DNA of 64,000 nt, taken from the NCBI RefSeq assembly GCF_032062105.1, contig NW_026928409.1:124001-188000 (forward strand). Reading direction: 5' to 3'. The translations under genes were made by a program, and so were the position numbers. Below the pieces are notes generated by a model. It did not search any database and was not told where the DNA came from. It worked only from the letters and a program-made list of their open reading frames with translations. The stretch comes from Saccostrea cucullata. Its lineage: Eukaryota. Below are positions 15,001 through 28,735 of this stretch, in pieces; position 1 is the stretch's first letter; each line of letters starts with the position of its first letter.

Positions 15001-15977
15001 CCCCGAACGTCTACTACCTATATAAACAGTATAATTATCACACTCAATTAAGAGGCCCTCTGAGGGACACAGGTAGAGTTTACCTGTGTTACCTGTGTTA
15101 TCATGATCAAATATATTTATTTTTCTGATAAAGAATATGTACCAAACCACAAGTTATTTGATTAAATAACTAAATTTCAAGACACTAAACAAGTGTTTTT
15201 CATATAAATATTTTTATTTCAGTACATTTTATTACAAGCTCTATGACACAATGTATGTTTCACAAATACATATAGTAAAATCAATTATCTTAAGATTAAA
15301 GTTTTATCATGGAGACTTAAAACGATTTTGAAAATGATAAATTGTTATTACATTAAATGTATTCAGAGTAAATGCTTAAAACTTAAGCTGAAACGGACAT
15401 AAAAATTATTAAGTACCATAAAAAAGATAAAAGAATTCAACAGATGTATTGAAAAACATTAAAAAGAATATATCTACAATGTAAAAGAAAACCAAAAAGA
15501 CTTTTTTGTCAGTTTATACATGTTAAATGCATTTAAATTGTAAAAATATAAACATTTGCTGCTTTGAAACATTTTGATTAAAAAATAAATAGAATTAAAG
15601 ATAAATTAGCAAATAAATTAACTTTTTTTTCTAATTTAAATGAAGGTAGTTTAATGCTACAAAATTAAAATAAATACTTTGAAAATTTGAGTAGAAAAAT
15701 ATTTACAAATTTGAAAAATATTCAATTCATTTTATAGGAATTATTGGCAAGATTTTTGAAACACTGATTAATATAAATTGACTTAAATACCTAGTAAATA
15801 CTTTGAAAATTTGAATAAAAAATATTCAAAAATTTGAAAAACATTTAATTCATTTTATAGGACTTATTGCTAAGATTTTCACTATATATCTTATAAGTCT
15901 TTGACACATTCATATAAATGCAGGTAGTTTATTCATAGAGTTTGAAACACAGGTAACTAGGTAGTAGACGTTCGGGG
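15001..15977. mobile_element. Non-autonomous TIR DNA transposon
   Basis: Perfect 20-bp TIR CCCCGAACGTCTACTACCTA (15001-15020) / TAGGTAGTAGACGTTCGGGG (15958-15977); AT-rich non-coding interior. Confidence 0.75.
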
Positions 15978-17058
15978 AACACCCCCCCCCCCCACTATCG
16001 AATAAGTTAGGAGACGTTATATAAACACGGAATATCACTACACAAATAAGAAAAGTTGTCGATATTAAAGCTGATATAATCTGATTTTCATTTAGTTTAT
16101 TCTTAAAATATCATGTATGAAATTGATGTGGCAGACTCTATGGCGTTTTGTGTTTAAAGATTACAAAATGTATAGATATATGAATGGAATTAACTATTGT
16201 TAATTGAAAAACGTCATTGATATGTTTGAATGTCAAGATGAAGACCAAAGCAGTGGTTTTTCTTCTTGGAAGTTCGTGAATATATTCTGCTTCACAGAAA
16301 AGTATAAGCTAGTCAACTAGTAAAGTAGCAAAATAATTGTTCAACTGTCAGATTGGCAATAACAATCTTGACAACGACTTAATTGACATAAAATCCATGT
16401 ACAACTGTAAATGATTTAAACTTGTTTGACTATTTAAAAAATAAATCAGAAATTTTTCAAATATTAATTTACTACATTTTCGGTTAAAGATATTTAACTT
16501 GCATTGATAAGACCGAATAAAGCAAATGTAGATAAAGTACTACAAATTAAGACCTATACTCGGCACTCTGGGTCACTGAGTAGTGCATGTTTTGTTTCTT
16601 GCTTGTTTTGTTTGTTGGATTTTGCTAACACCTACTGTGACACAGGACCAGTGTTTATAGTCCCAAACAACGTACCGCTGAGGAATTTAGCCCGCGATGT
16701 AAAAATTAACTCCTTACTCCGCGACTTTAAAGCAAACACTGTTTGGTAAATTGAAAGATATAAATGAATAAAAAAGATACAAAAATCATTGAAGAATTAA
16801 ATGGAAAGGAAATATTAACATAATGCCTCTAAACTCTTACCATTAAAAAAAAATAAACAAGGGTAAATCTTCACCATTGTTTGATCGAACAAGAATAATT
16901 ACATGAAACACGAAAAAAAATTATTTCCATTATGTAAGTAGAGGTAAATGTATGTACATATAGCATGAATGAACCCGAAACGTGCCCCATATCAAGCGTT
17001 TAGATAACTTCTGTCTCTGTGGTCTTGAACTAGAACTCACGGCTTGATTTCGGACAAA

Positions 17059-17334
17059 ATGCGTTTCCTATGCAGGATCATATGTTTTACTTTAGTGATC
17101 TCCGTTGTGGCTGATGGTAAATTGAATGGAAATGTCGTTCTTGAATCAGAATCTGTTGAGGAACGTGCAGTAACGTTAAGTCCTGCGGTAGCTAGCAGCC
17201 TTGCCGCCAGTCTGCACCATCTCTCCAGCGTTTTTCATCATCTAAACTTTACAGCACTGAAGCATTTAAATCTAACAACACTGGGACACCTTTCGTAAGT
17301 ACTCTTTTTGAAGAATCATGTAATAAATCTAAAC

Positions 17335-17366
<32 letters not shown>

Positions 17367-18816
17367 TTATAATTAAAAGTCTGAATGGTATAACCGTTGA
17401 ATTTGTGTGTTGTCTAGGGCTATCTTCGAAGATTGCCCAACTGTGACATTTTTAACGTGAAAACTTACCTTGTAACTTACGTTTTGTTTTTGATTAGTCC
17501 TGTCACTCTACATGGAAATGCCACGTAAGTTGCTACACAGAAACGTCAAGTACATGAAAATACCAGGTAGGTAGATACAAGGACATGATACATAACTAGC
17601 TACATATAATAGAGAATAGCACTACAGCAGCTTCATTGAATGATACCCAGAAATTCAAGATTTAGAATAAGATGCTTGGCGTTCTAGGTAACATCAGACT
17701 TCTTAGATCCGCGCCGTATATACGGCGCATACGGAGTGCATACGGAGCGGATCTAAGTAGTCTGATTTTAATTTAATTGGGGTGCTTAGAAAGAGTAAGC
17801 ATCCCCTTGCGACCAGACACAACCGATCTGACTTTTTGTGTTGATGAGACGGAATATTCCATGGTCAAATTCAATATAAAAATAAAGCAAGATTAGTTAA
17901 TGATAACAGATTTACTATATCTACAATAAAAATAGAAAATTTTTATGCTTGTAAAAAAAATCTACTTTTAATTATCGAAATCAACATTTTGTAACTGAAC
18001 ACATTACTATACTGAATCCTTCTGTTAAATTAATAAATGCTTTATTTTAAAAAATCCGATGAATTTCAATACATTTATTTTTTTCAAGCGGGGTTTTCTG
18101 GGAGGAAAAAGATATTGATAATTTAATATTAAATTCAATGATTTTAAGAAACCACTGGTGTTGCAATACTGCTACGACTAAGAAAATAGTAAAGAGCCAC
18201 TCACAGCTGATATACACGAAGCAGATCAGAGACCGTGTTTCACATCACCACTGTGGATTTTTGGGAACGAGTCGCTGTGCACGACACCACTACTACTACA
18301 TGTATCTGATTTTTTTTATAATTAAGATATCCATTGTATTTCTATGTAGGGAATTCGGTAATAGTTCATACAGTAAAAATACAAAATCCAGAAATTATTT
18401 TTTTATATATATATTCTTAGGTTGACTTTGTAATTGTGCTTAGATTTTGCATAGAATATTCGAATAAGCGTTTCATCCGTTCATTTTAACATCCTTTCCA
18501 TTGAAATTAGATCAGTACCAGCTTATAAAAGGACATACTCAACTCAAACCATCCACACCTCATGTCCAAGTCAAAATCTGGTTTGCTGTAAGGACTACAT
18601 TCTTATAGCTGATAATTGTGTTCGTAAGTACAATGCTTTAGTCTAATTGTTAATAAGTTTTGAACAACTACATGTTTTTAAAAGGTGATCAAGTAATTAC
18701 TTTCATGTGTTCTATCTTAGTTTTGCATGATATTGTTTTCAGCACTGAACGAAATTCCCAATATAAAGGATGACTTGATCAAGCTTCATAACGCCAACAT
18801 TCCTGTTGGGAAATGA
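17059..18816 (+). CDS. Secreted EMI-like cysteine-rich prepro-protein, copy A (200 aa, 5 exons)
   Basis: Exons 17059-17294, 17498-17524, 18149-18301, 18511-18623, 18743-18816; all GT-AG; 603 nt in frame. Signal peptide MRFLCRIICFTLVISVVA; domain NHWCC-x29-C-x7-C-x25-C-x6-CC-x9-C; ends IKDDLIKLHNANIPVGK*. Confidence 0.88.
17337..17366 (+). repeat. (AG)n microsatellite in intron 1 of copy A
   Basis: Uninterrupted agagag run. Confidence 0.9.
17693..17766. mobile_element. Short palindromic MITE-like insertion
   Basis: atcagacttcttagatccgc...gcggatctaagtagtctgat inverted arms; interrupts a Penelope-like 3' fragment in intron 2 of copy A. Confidence 0.55.
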
Positions 18817-20083
18817 TTCACTGGGCAAATTTCTAAACAAAAAATAAATTATCATTCTATTTCAAATTTGTTGTTAGTCTCAATATTAAAGAATCAGATA
18901 TTCTAACTCAATAAGCAGGTATGTTTTTTTTTCTGCTTCAATTATATCATACAGAAGCCTCGGGAATAAACACTCATAATTTAAAGTATTGCTTTCCTGC
19001 AATGCTAGTATTTTATTAAATTGATTACAAAATGTTCTAAACATCAACAAACAAAACAAACAAATTGATATTTCAAGTCCTTAAGGTAGTGTTTCTCAGA
19101 ATGAAACTCTTCCATATATAAATATTGCGAAGAAGATTGTAAAAGCAGGATTTTGATGTGCTTACATGTACTATAATAAAGTTATGATATTTTTTCCCTC
19201 AGAATCTGCTCAGAATCTCTCTCTATGTATACATTTATGTCTGCTTGCCTATTCAACCACAATCAAATAAGAACATAAATACTTTTAAAAGAATAAAAAT
19301 GGTCATTTATCGAAATACATGTATGCAACATATGACAGGGAATCAAAAACACAATATAAAACATATACTAAAGTAAGTAAAGTTATATACCCGGTACATC
19401 AACATTAAAAGTTAATTTAAGAGACAAATAAAATCAAGTTTATACCTGAGAGCAACAACGAGTTATATCAAATGACTAGATGCATATACAGTGTATATAT
19501 CAACACGGGAAATGGGAATGTCAGGAAATTTCTTACTTTGTAAGTTTATAGTAAAAGTGAAGATACGAATGATGATCCATCTAAAAAATTATAAGAATTA
19601 AAAAAAATGAAATGGGCTTAAAATACGGACCCATAGAAATTCCAAAGGTGTGATCATTTGTCCATTTGCAAGTTGCAATAATTTTTGGACTATTTCTAAC
19701 CCTGCACCATGAAAGCAATTAAAACAGAAATTTGAACAAAAGTATTTCATGATAAAAGCATTTGTTAGGCTTAATCTAAAATTTTCACAACATTATCTAT
19801 TTCACAGATTTTATAAAATTACAATTTTTCATAAAACATGTATAGTTATATTTGGAAACTTTGTCATTTACAATCTTCTAAAAATCTTCTGTTAAAATGT
19901 TTCCTATATAAAATCTTCTGTTAAAATGTTTCCTATATATATATAAAGTTCAGAAGGAAAATAGTTACCTTTTATAGTTCATGCATAGCAAAGCTATACC
20001 CCAGGGTATAGTTTTTGCTATCCACCCTCGGAAAATTTTGATGCAATTTTTGCCTCCAATATTTTGATTTCCAGCGATAAAGA

Positions 20084-20234
20084 AATAAACAACGTTTTTC
20101 AGTGAACATGGCGTTATGAATAGCAATTGCTCTGCTGGCATATTCCATGATGCGCGCTAGCGCATCATGGAAAATATGCCAGCAGAGCTATTGCTATTCA
20201 TAATGCCATGTTCCTTGAATAATCGTTGTTTATT
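20084..20234. repeat. ~150-bp near-perfect palindrome (Crypton/MITE-like)
   Basis: aataaacaacg...catgatgcgcgctagcgcatcatg...cgttgtttatt; arms pair with few mismatches. Confidence 0.7.
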
Positions 20235-22119
20235 ACTTATATTTGCATTTTTTGATTTTTTTTTCAAGAATATCAGAGGAAATCCTGACTTACATAGGGA
20301 CGCTGAAGGCTTCTTGTCTTCAGTAAAGAAAAACATACAGCTTTAAAATCAGTACACCTGATCAATGCTCTTTTTCTCTAATAAATCACGAACAATTTTT
20401 AAAGTATTTCCCTCTCAAACACAGTTATCTGGATACAAGCAGCGCCGTCATCACATTCTCTTAAGGTAAGTCATTCGTCAGCTTTTTAGAAAAGTTCACG
20501 CAGAAGCTTTTACTTCAAAACTACTTATTAAAATTCAATATTTATATCATATTTAAATTCAACAATGTAAATTTTTTAACATTCAATGAAGAAACTGCTA
20601 AAAAATCTACAAAGAAGCAAGATTTATGAGGGACTATTTCTTTTGGTGGAAGGATATTTAGCAGAAAATTCTGCAAATCTGCACATTTATAAAATTTAAT
20701 GTAATGGAAATTTAGCCTCACATACTTTTACTCGGAGCATATTTTCCGTTTTGATATTGCTAAAAAATATTTAATATAAGTCTTAATTAATATTTTTAGA
20801 CTAAGTTTTACACCTTCCCTCAACAAACTTTTCCAAAAAATGAAAATATATTAAAGAAGTCAAGATCAAATTTACACCATTTTTTACCTGAAAATCATAT
20901 TTTGACAAATATTTCAAAATTAACATCACTAACCCCACCTTTTTCTTTCATTATTTTAAACTACTCGATACTTGTGACTGATCAGCACTTAAGTCGTAAA
21001 AAGTTTGATATAAGAAAAAATTTTATTGCCTATAAAGTTTTAATACCCCAAATATGTTATTTTTTTAGTGCAAAAAGGTCACACAATAATTTACGCGCAT
21101 TAATTTGCAAGATTTGTTTAATGATAAATATTATTCAAACTATTTTACGTAAAATAAGATTATATTAATTGCCATGCTTACATCTGATCAAATATAAAAA
21201 GGGTTAAAGTAATTAACCAAAGAGATGAAATTTAAGTGCAAAAAGGTCAACTTAAATGTACTGTAGATCAGTAGGATGCGCACTGACCTCCTATTTTCTT
21301 TGCGATTTTGAGTTACACTTTATGAGTACTTATCCAAAATATACTTCTCAAAAAATCCTTGATTTAACAAATTTCAGGAGTGACTTACCTTAATTTTTGT
21401 TTTGATGCAGTTGTGACGTCATCCTTCAACGTTATTGAAACCCTCTGACAAAATCAATAATTTAACGCTATGATGAAAAATGAGAATGCTTCCATAATGA
21501 ATATTACCCCAGAATGTTTTTCTATGATTTTTTTTTTAGTTTTTCTATTTATTTTCAATAGCTGAAATCATTCTTGAAATAGATATACTAGTTAAAGAAA
21601 TTTTCTCTTTCTGAATGTTATTACTCAAGTGTGAAGAGTTATCGTTCTTTGTACAAATATGCATGATACGAAAAAATAAAAATATGACAGTTCTCTATAA
21701 TTTTTGAAAATTTTATTATACAATTAAATACATCAACCAAAATTAAATTTTTAAAGATATAAATCAGCAATTTTAAATATTGTGAATTTCTTTTTTTTCT
21801 TCAAAGAATATTATTAAAACTTATATTTATTCCTCTGACGAAACATTTCATATATATACTTCTCAACACGTACTGTGCGTATATTGGAGCCTATCTACAC
21901 GAGTGTGTGAAGCTGTTGCGTCTATAAACCTATGAAAACAGTTGGTGCGTACATGTTTATAGTGGGAGAGAGCAGTGGATATGCAAATACTTACTGATGG
22001 TGTCATAATGACTTCAGTAGCATTGTGACGTCATCAGGATTTCAGATTATTCTTGCAGTATTATTTTACTCAAAAAAAATTCAAACCTCAGAAATTATAT
22101 TATACATCAGTATAATAAA

Positions 22120-22900
22120 ACGCTTATTCGCTGGTTGTGAGTGGGATTAATAGAATTATTCATTACTACGAGTGTGGGATAGTGAAATTTCACCAAGGGG
22201 ACAAGATTCACAGTCTAGGATGAGGCTGTGCCGAGTCCTAGACCGTGAATCTTGGCCTCGAGGTGGAATTTTACTATTCCCACACGAGTAAGTAATGAAT
22301 GATTATTTTTCTCGCATTATTTTATCCAAAATAACGGCCTGTCAATGACGTCGCCATAGGGCTAAAAAATATTTTTTAAATTTTCAATCTAATTAAAAAT
22401 CGAAATACACCATCGGAGAGCGCGTACCTGAAAATGGTTTAAACATAGTGTAAACTAATAAAATGAATTTCAGTTCATGTAAATCAATTAGACAGATTAA
22501 AACTTTGAATAAAGAAAATTATTTATCCGATTCATTCTAGAAGAACTCTTCCGCGATCTAAATATAGTGCCATTTAAAAAGTGAAAATACGACAATATTT
22601 TGAATGAAAATAAGTTTATTTTAATAAGTTACATGACAACATTTTAATTAAATGTGACATTTTTTAACATTATTACAATTTCTTTATATTAAGACGGAAT
22701 GTTTACGTTATCGTTCACGGCGTAGTAATACACAGTGTAAGACAGAAAAATCTCACACTGCTGTCTCACACCGTACAAGTCAATCTATGCGAGAAAGCTC
22801 TTTTATCAAACCCTTGACAGGGACTATTCCCCTTGGGCAAGCCTTCGGGGAATAGTTCCCTGTAAGCGCTATCCCACTCACAACCAGTGGACAAGTGTAA
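22120..22900. mobile_element. Non-autonomous element with inverted ends and internal hairpins (Crypton-like, tentative)
   Basis: ctggttgtgagtgggat (~22131) versus atcccactcacaaccag (~22871); internal hairpins at ~22200-22270 and ~22815-22865. Confidence 0.5.
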
Positions 22901-25861
22901 GTGTATAATATTATATTATAAGTATAAGTGTATGATATTAGGACAACTGTAATATTACATTTTTTCGTAATGTACTGGACTGTCCAGGAGGAGAAAGCAT
23001 CCCCTGTTGACGGGTCACACCCCTCGTGAGCCCTATGTATATAAGTAAGTAAGACAAGTAAGTAAGACAGTGTACCTTACACTTCATGTAGCATTGCATA
23101 ATGTGTTGTGTTTAATTATGTAAATTTTATTTTAATCACACTCCCTTAAGTGTGCAAAGTTAATGTATTTATCTTGTACAGACGCAATAAATCAAAGACA
23201 ATTTTTTTTTATGTTTTTTTTTAAATTCATTTGGCGCTTTTGTGCACGGCTGAATGATATAACATCATATTATTTGGGTCTCCAAAGCAACGGGTAGACC
23301 CAGCAACAACAACAACATTTCTAAAATCTACACTTAGCCATTGTTTTCTAAAATTTGATTAACACCAACCTTGCAACTAGCGTGTACCCGGTGTCGCATA
23401 ATATTTGGTCCGCCTCGTTTAAAGGTCCGGCCGGACCAAATACGATAACATATTAGGTCCGCCTGGCTCTATAAGAAAAGGTCCGCCCTCGGCCTATTAT
23501 ATGAATTGTATGCCTGTGTTCATTCGATATTAATTGAAAAACTACTCATTTAAAATTAATTGAGGATATAAAGTCGTATTAATAGCTAGTGTTTCCTCCA
23601 AGAGAATGTAGTAAACAATAAGTAAGAAATTAATACATAAATAATATATTTATTAAAGAAATGTATAGATTTATTGATCGAGTTTCCTGTCGGGAAGATG
23701 GGACATGCTTATTTTGTCGTTTAAATACACTGGTATCAACATTATCATTTTAAAAAATATTAAGAATACAAATGTACATACATTTACCTTCACCGCCTGT
23801 TTACTGGCAGATTAATCAGTATGCAATGAACAGATGAGTGTTCGTAAGTCCAACACAAATCATTTAGTTACACTCTCTTTCCAATAAGTACATGATAAAT
23901 ATCCGACTTCCACTCGCAAAAATAAATTCACATCATTCAAAATATATTTCTTTATAGTTTTGATAAAAAAAATCTGTCATTCTTTACGTTTAATATTGTT
24001 GTCAATAAGTGGGGGGTCACTGTGACAGGGGCTTATGTCACGTTGTACTACCCTACACCCGTTATTGTAAAAACAACATGCCTGCGGATTGGGCAGTTAG
24101 GGGTTAGTCTATAATTGTCTCGTTTGAGCATTTCATTTCCGGAATTTTTGGTAATTATCAACTTTTCATTTCCGACATTTTTAAGTTTTCATTTCCGACA
24201 ATTTTTTGTTTTCATTTCCGACATTTTTTCAAATACATAAGTAGTACTTATAGTAACAAATCTGATAACTTTACTTATGAAAAATTTAAAGGAATAAATC
24301 ATAAATAAATCATTGAAATCCAATTTGTAAGTCTATCAGTGACTTATAAGTATGGTGCTGTCATTGACATTTGATTTAGTGAACAATAAATATGGTGAAA
24401 AAGTTTTATGCTCATTAAACTCTTTTACCTAGACTTAGTGCTACATGTATGCATATATGTATAAATAGTTCTTTTTTAATTTTATTAATATTTTGGCATT
24501 AATACTTCTAAAATTCTATTTTCTTTTACTTAGAAAACATTGAATTGCCGCACAGGTAAATTCCGGAAATGAAAAAAAAATTATGTCGGAAATGAAAACA
24601 AAAAATGTCGGAAATGAAATTAAAAAATGTCGGAAATGCTATGCAAATTTCTTTAAATGAAATGCAGCGAACCCAAAGTACCATATCCCCTGTGTTTTTA
24701 TTAACACCGTTTCTTACCTATTCAAAGGCTAATAATTATATCTACTATATCTCTGCATTTCATTTCCTGAATTTAACATTGCATTTTCCGACAATTTTTG
24801 TTATCATTTCGGAATCCGACATTTTTATTTTCATTTCCGACATTATTATTTTTTCCCCACATTTTTGGATTTTTTAAAAGATACCTTTATGGCACTTTAA
24901 AGTAAACATATATAACAAAGATGGAAAGAGATTTTTAACAGGGTATTGTATATATGTATTATATAATATTATTTATGACGGAAGTATGATTTTTTTTTCA
25001 TTGCCGAAAAAATACTGACATGAATTTGACAAATGTCGGAGATGAAAACTTTTAAAATGTAAAAACTGTCGGAAATGAAAAGTTTTTTTTTTTTTTATAT
25101 TTTTTTTTAAATTCCGGAAATGAAATGCGGCCCACTAGATATTACTTCAGGACAAGGTAAATGTGCATTACTTGGCGAAATCAAACTAAAGTCGATAGAT
25201 TGCTGGATTTATAAATGCCTTTATTATTCATATTTAATTTACATGTCGCTCATACAAAATCTCTGTGCATTAACTATTTATACTTATGTCTCTCGGTTTC
25301 AATAAAAATCCAAACATTTTATACGCCCCTTCTAAATGTTTTTGTTTTTTTTTTGGCGGGGGGGGGGGGGGGGCGTAGTAAAATCACGCGGATACGTGTC
25401 AAAAAATTAAAAACATTAAAGAATACCGGTATTGTACATATATGTCCCACATTTTTCCCCCAGAAAAAAGAGCTTGAGTTTAAAGATACCACCAATTTCA
25501 GAAGCCTGGCATACTAGAATTTCCCGTTAGCATCTAACAAACAATCCCGACTTGATTTTTCACCAGAGAAATACTGCTTCAGTACGGATTTTTTTCTCTC
25601 CCTTTCCACTGCTTTACGAGCTATAGGGAGAATTTTTTCAATCAATACATATTAAAGAGAAACTTAAAAAGCATACATTTTTTTTTAATAAATTAAATAG
25701 AAATAGTCTTTTAATATCATGACGTATCAAAAACTTCCTTGTAGCTCCTTGGTTAACGTTAGATTTTTCTATGACTGATTTCTTTTTATCATCGGCCACT
25801 GCTTATATATTCAAATTAAACTGTAAAAAGAAATGAAATTCATAACCAATAGCATTACATG

Positions 25862-26090
25862 GAGTGCATGGTTAGAGCGTCGAAGTAAGGAGTTGATCCT
25901 TACGTCGCAGGTTCGAATCCCTTTTTGGGACGTGGAAATCGGTCCTTCGGATGAAAACGTATAAACCGGGGTCCCGTGTCGCAGTAGGTGCTGGCACGAA
26001 AAAGATCCCTCCCTACTCAATGGCCGTAAGCGCCGAGTAAAGGACAAAATCTGTAGCTCACTGGCGGCAAGTGGTGGCGTCTCTACATTG
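25862..26090 (+). mobile_element. tRNA-derived SINE
   Basis: A-box-like tggttagagc and B-box ggttcgaatcc, followed by a body (aaaccggggtcccgtgtcgcagtaggt...aagatccctcc) also found at ~51850-52070 and ~36860-37010. Confidence 0.75.
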
Positions 26091-27249
26091 CATGAGAGAA
26101 TTACCTAGTTGATTTAACTAGTGTGCCTAGTAAAGCGTTCTTCGTGATTAGTAATCACTCTGTTTACTAGCTAAGATAGTGAAAAGTGGAGAAGTGGTCG
26201 TAAAGATACTTAAATACCTAGTGAAAGTTACTTATGAATTCTTAGATTTACTAATGTTATCTAGTAAATCTACCCAATTCCTAGTAAAACTACTTTTGAG
26301 GTAGTGATTGTATGGACAGTAAATTTACTATTCTTCCCAGTGACTTTCACTAGTTTTTAGACGGGGTCACGTGACCCCGTCTTTTAGTTTACTCTCAGAG
26401 GCCTAAAAATAGAAAACGGAAGCCGTGGTGATAACACATGAATTAGGTCTACGCATACGAAAGAGTGCAGAAATTGTTTCGATCAAAACATAAACATTTT
26501 GTATCAAACTGAAGAAATTGATATGAACCTTTGTCTAACTCAACTAATAAAGTATTTTGATAATTTAAAACTGAAAATATTAACTGTAAATAACACTAGT
26601 AGACAAAGTACTATCTTGCGTATTATTATGACTGTGTACGCATCATCCATTGTTTACTTCCGGAAAAATTATTAGTTCGTACCTGATGAAATTCGGAGCA
26701 GTTCAGAAAGGTTTTCAGACTGAACAATTATTAAAATTTCTACTTCAAATCAAATTGAATAAAAAATGTGAATGTATATTATTCATAGTTTTGTTTTTAG
26801 TATGTTAATGAAAAAATAAAGTTGTTATTAAAACTCGTAAAAAAAAATCACATTTGTGAAATCTAGCATGAAGATTATTTTGACCCCGTCTTTCAGTACT
26901 GTCTCAGTACTTTGATTTTTTTCAGTGATATATGAGTGAAAAATTCTCGAGAGCGACGTTAGGCAGCATTTAATCAATAAATCAGTCTTTTCTGTCGAAG
27001 TATTTTCTTATGTCAGTAGACAGTAGTTGGAAATTAAGTTAGCAATTGTCTCGTGTTTAAAAACTATTTTCAAAACAAAAGGCGGACCCTTTCTTCTGGT
27101 GCGTTTTAAGGTCCCCCTGCTACTCTTTAGCTCACATCAGCCGAAGGCTTAAGTGAGCTTTTCTCATCACAATTTGTCCGTTGTCTGTCGTCTGTTCTCT
27201 ATTGTTAATGAGAGAGATGTGCCCCGTCCATAATTTTGCTGTGTAATAA

Positions 27250-28735
27250 GATATACAAAGGACGGACCTTTTCTGATAACTGTGTTTTAAGGTCCGCCCT
27301 GTCCCTTTCTCGTGTTTTGAAGCTACGAAAATAAAAGCTGTCCAAAAATTTCCTTTATGACATGAAAATATCTGAAATACAGAGGACGGACCTTTTCTGA
27401 TAAATGCGTGTTAAGGTCCGCCCTGTCCCTTTCTCGTGTTTTTAAGGTACGAAAATAAACCCTGTCCAAAAATTTCCCTTCAAAACATACAGATATCTGA
27501 AATACAGAGGGCGGACCTTTTCTGGTAACTGCGTTTTAAGGTCCGCCCTGTCCCTTTCTCGTGTTTTTAAGCTACGAAAATAAACCCTGTCCAAAAATTT
27601 CCCTTTAACACATAAAGATGTCTGAAATACAGAGGGCGGACCTTTTCTGATAACTGTGTTTTAAGGTCCGCCCTGTCCCTTTTTCGTGTTTTTAAGCTAC
27701 GAAAATAAACCCTGTCCAAAAATTTCCCTTAAAAACATACAGATATCTGAAATACAGAGGGCGGACCTTTTCTGATAACTGCGTTTTAAGGTCCGCCCTG
27801 TCTATTTTTTTTTAGTTTTCAAGCTACTAAAATAAACCCTGTCCAAAAATTTCCCTTTATGACATGAAAATATCTGAAATACAGAGGGCGGACCTTTTCT
27901 GATAACTGCGTTTTAGGGTCCACCCTGTCCCTTCCTCGTGTTTTTAAGCTACTAAAATAAACCCTTTCCAAAAATTTCTCTTTAAAACGTAAAGATATCT
28001 GAAATACAGAGGGCAGACCTTTTATGATAACTGCTTTTTAAGGTCCGCCCTGTCCTTTTCTCGTGTTTTTAAGCTACGAAAATAAACCCTGTCCAAAAAT
28101 TTCCATTATGACATGAAAATATTTGAAATACAGAGGGCGGACCTTTTCTGATAACTGCGTTTTAATGTCCGTCCTGTCCCTTTCTCGTGTTTTTAATGTA
28201 CGAAAATAAACCCTGTCCAAAAATTTCCCTTTAACACATAAAGATATCTGAAATACAGAGGGCGGACCTTTTCTGATAACTGCGTTTTAAGGTCCGCCCT
28301 ATTTCTTTCTCTAGTTTTTTAAGCTACGAAAATAAACCTGTCCAAATCTTTTTTGTATGTCATGAAAATAACTGAAATACAGAGAGCGGACCTTTTCTGA
28401 TAACTGTGTTTTAAGGTCCGCCCTGTCTTTTTGTCGTGTTTTTAAGCTACGAAAATAAACTTTGTCCAACATTTTTCCTTTATGACATGAAGATATCTGA
28501 AATACAGAGGGCGGACCTTTTCTGATAACTGCGTTTTAAGGTCCGCCCTGTCTCTTTATCTAGTTTTTTAAGGTACGAAAATAAACCCTGTCCAAAAATT
28601 TCCCTTCATAACATACAGATCTCTGAAATACAGAGGACGGATCTTATATATTATGCTGCGCTTTAAGGTCCGTCATGTCACTTTCTCTGATTCTTATGCT
28701 ATACGAAAATAAACCCCGTATACAATTTCCTTTGC
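27250..28735 (+). repeat. Tandem array of about 12 units of ~125 bp inside the TIR element
   Basis: The (c/t)tgaaatac anchor recurs at 27372, 27497, 27622, 27747, 27874, 27999, 28123, 28248, 28372, 28497, 28623. Units carry GGGCGGACCTT...AAGGTCCGCCC or a close variant. Confidence 0.95.

Noticed and set aside
25862-25935. tRNA gene
   Set aside because: A and B boxes are present but there is no clean cloverleaf; it continues into a SINE body seen elsewhere in the window.
27250-28735. CRISPR-like array of palindromic repeats
   Set aside because: The whole 125-bp unit repeats with no unique spacers, there are no cas genes, and the context is eukaryotic inside a TIR element.
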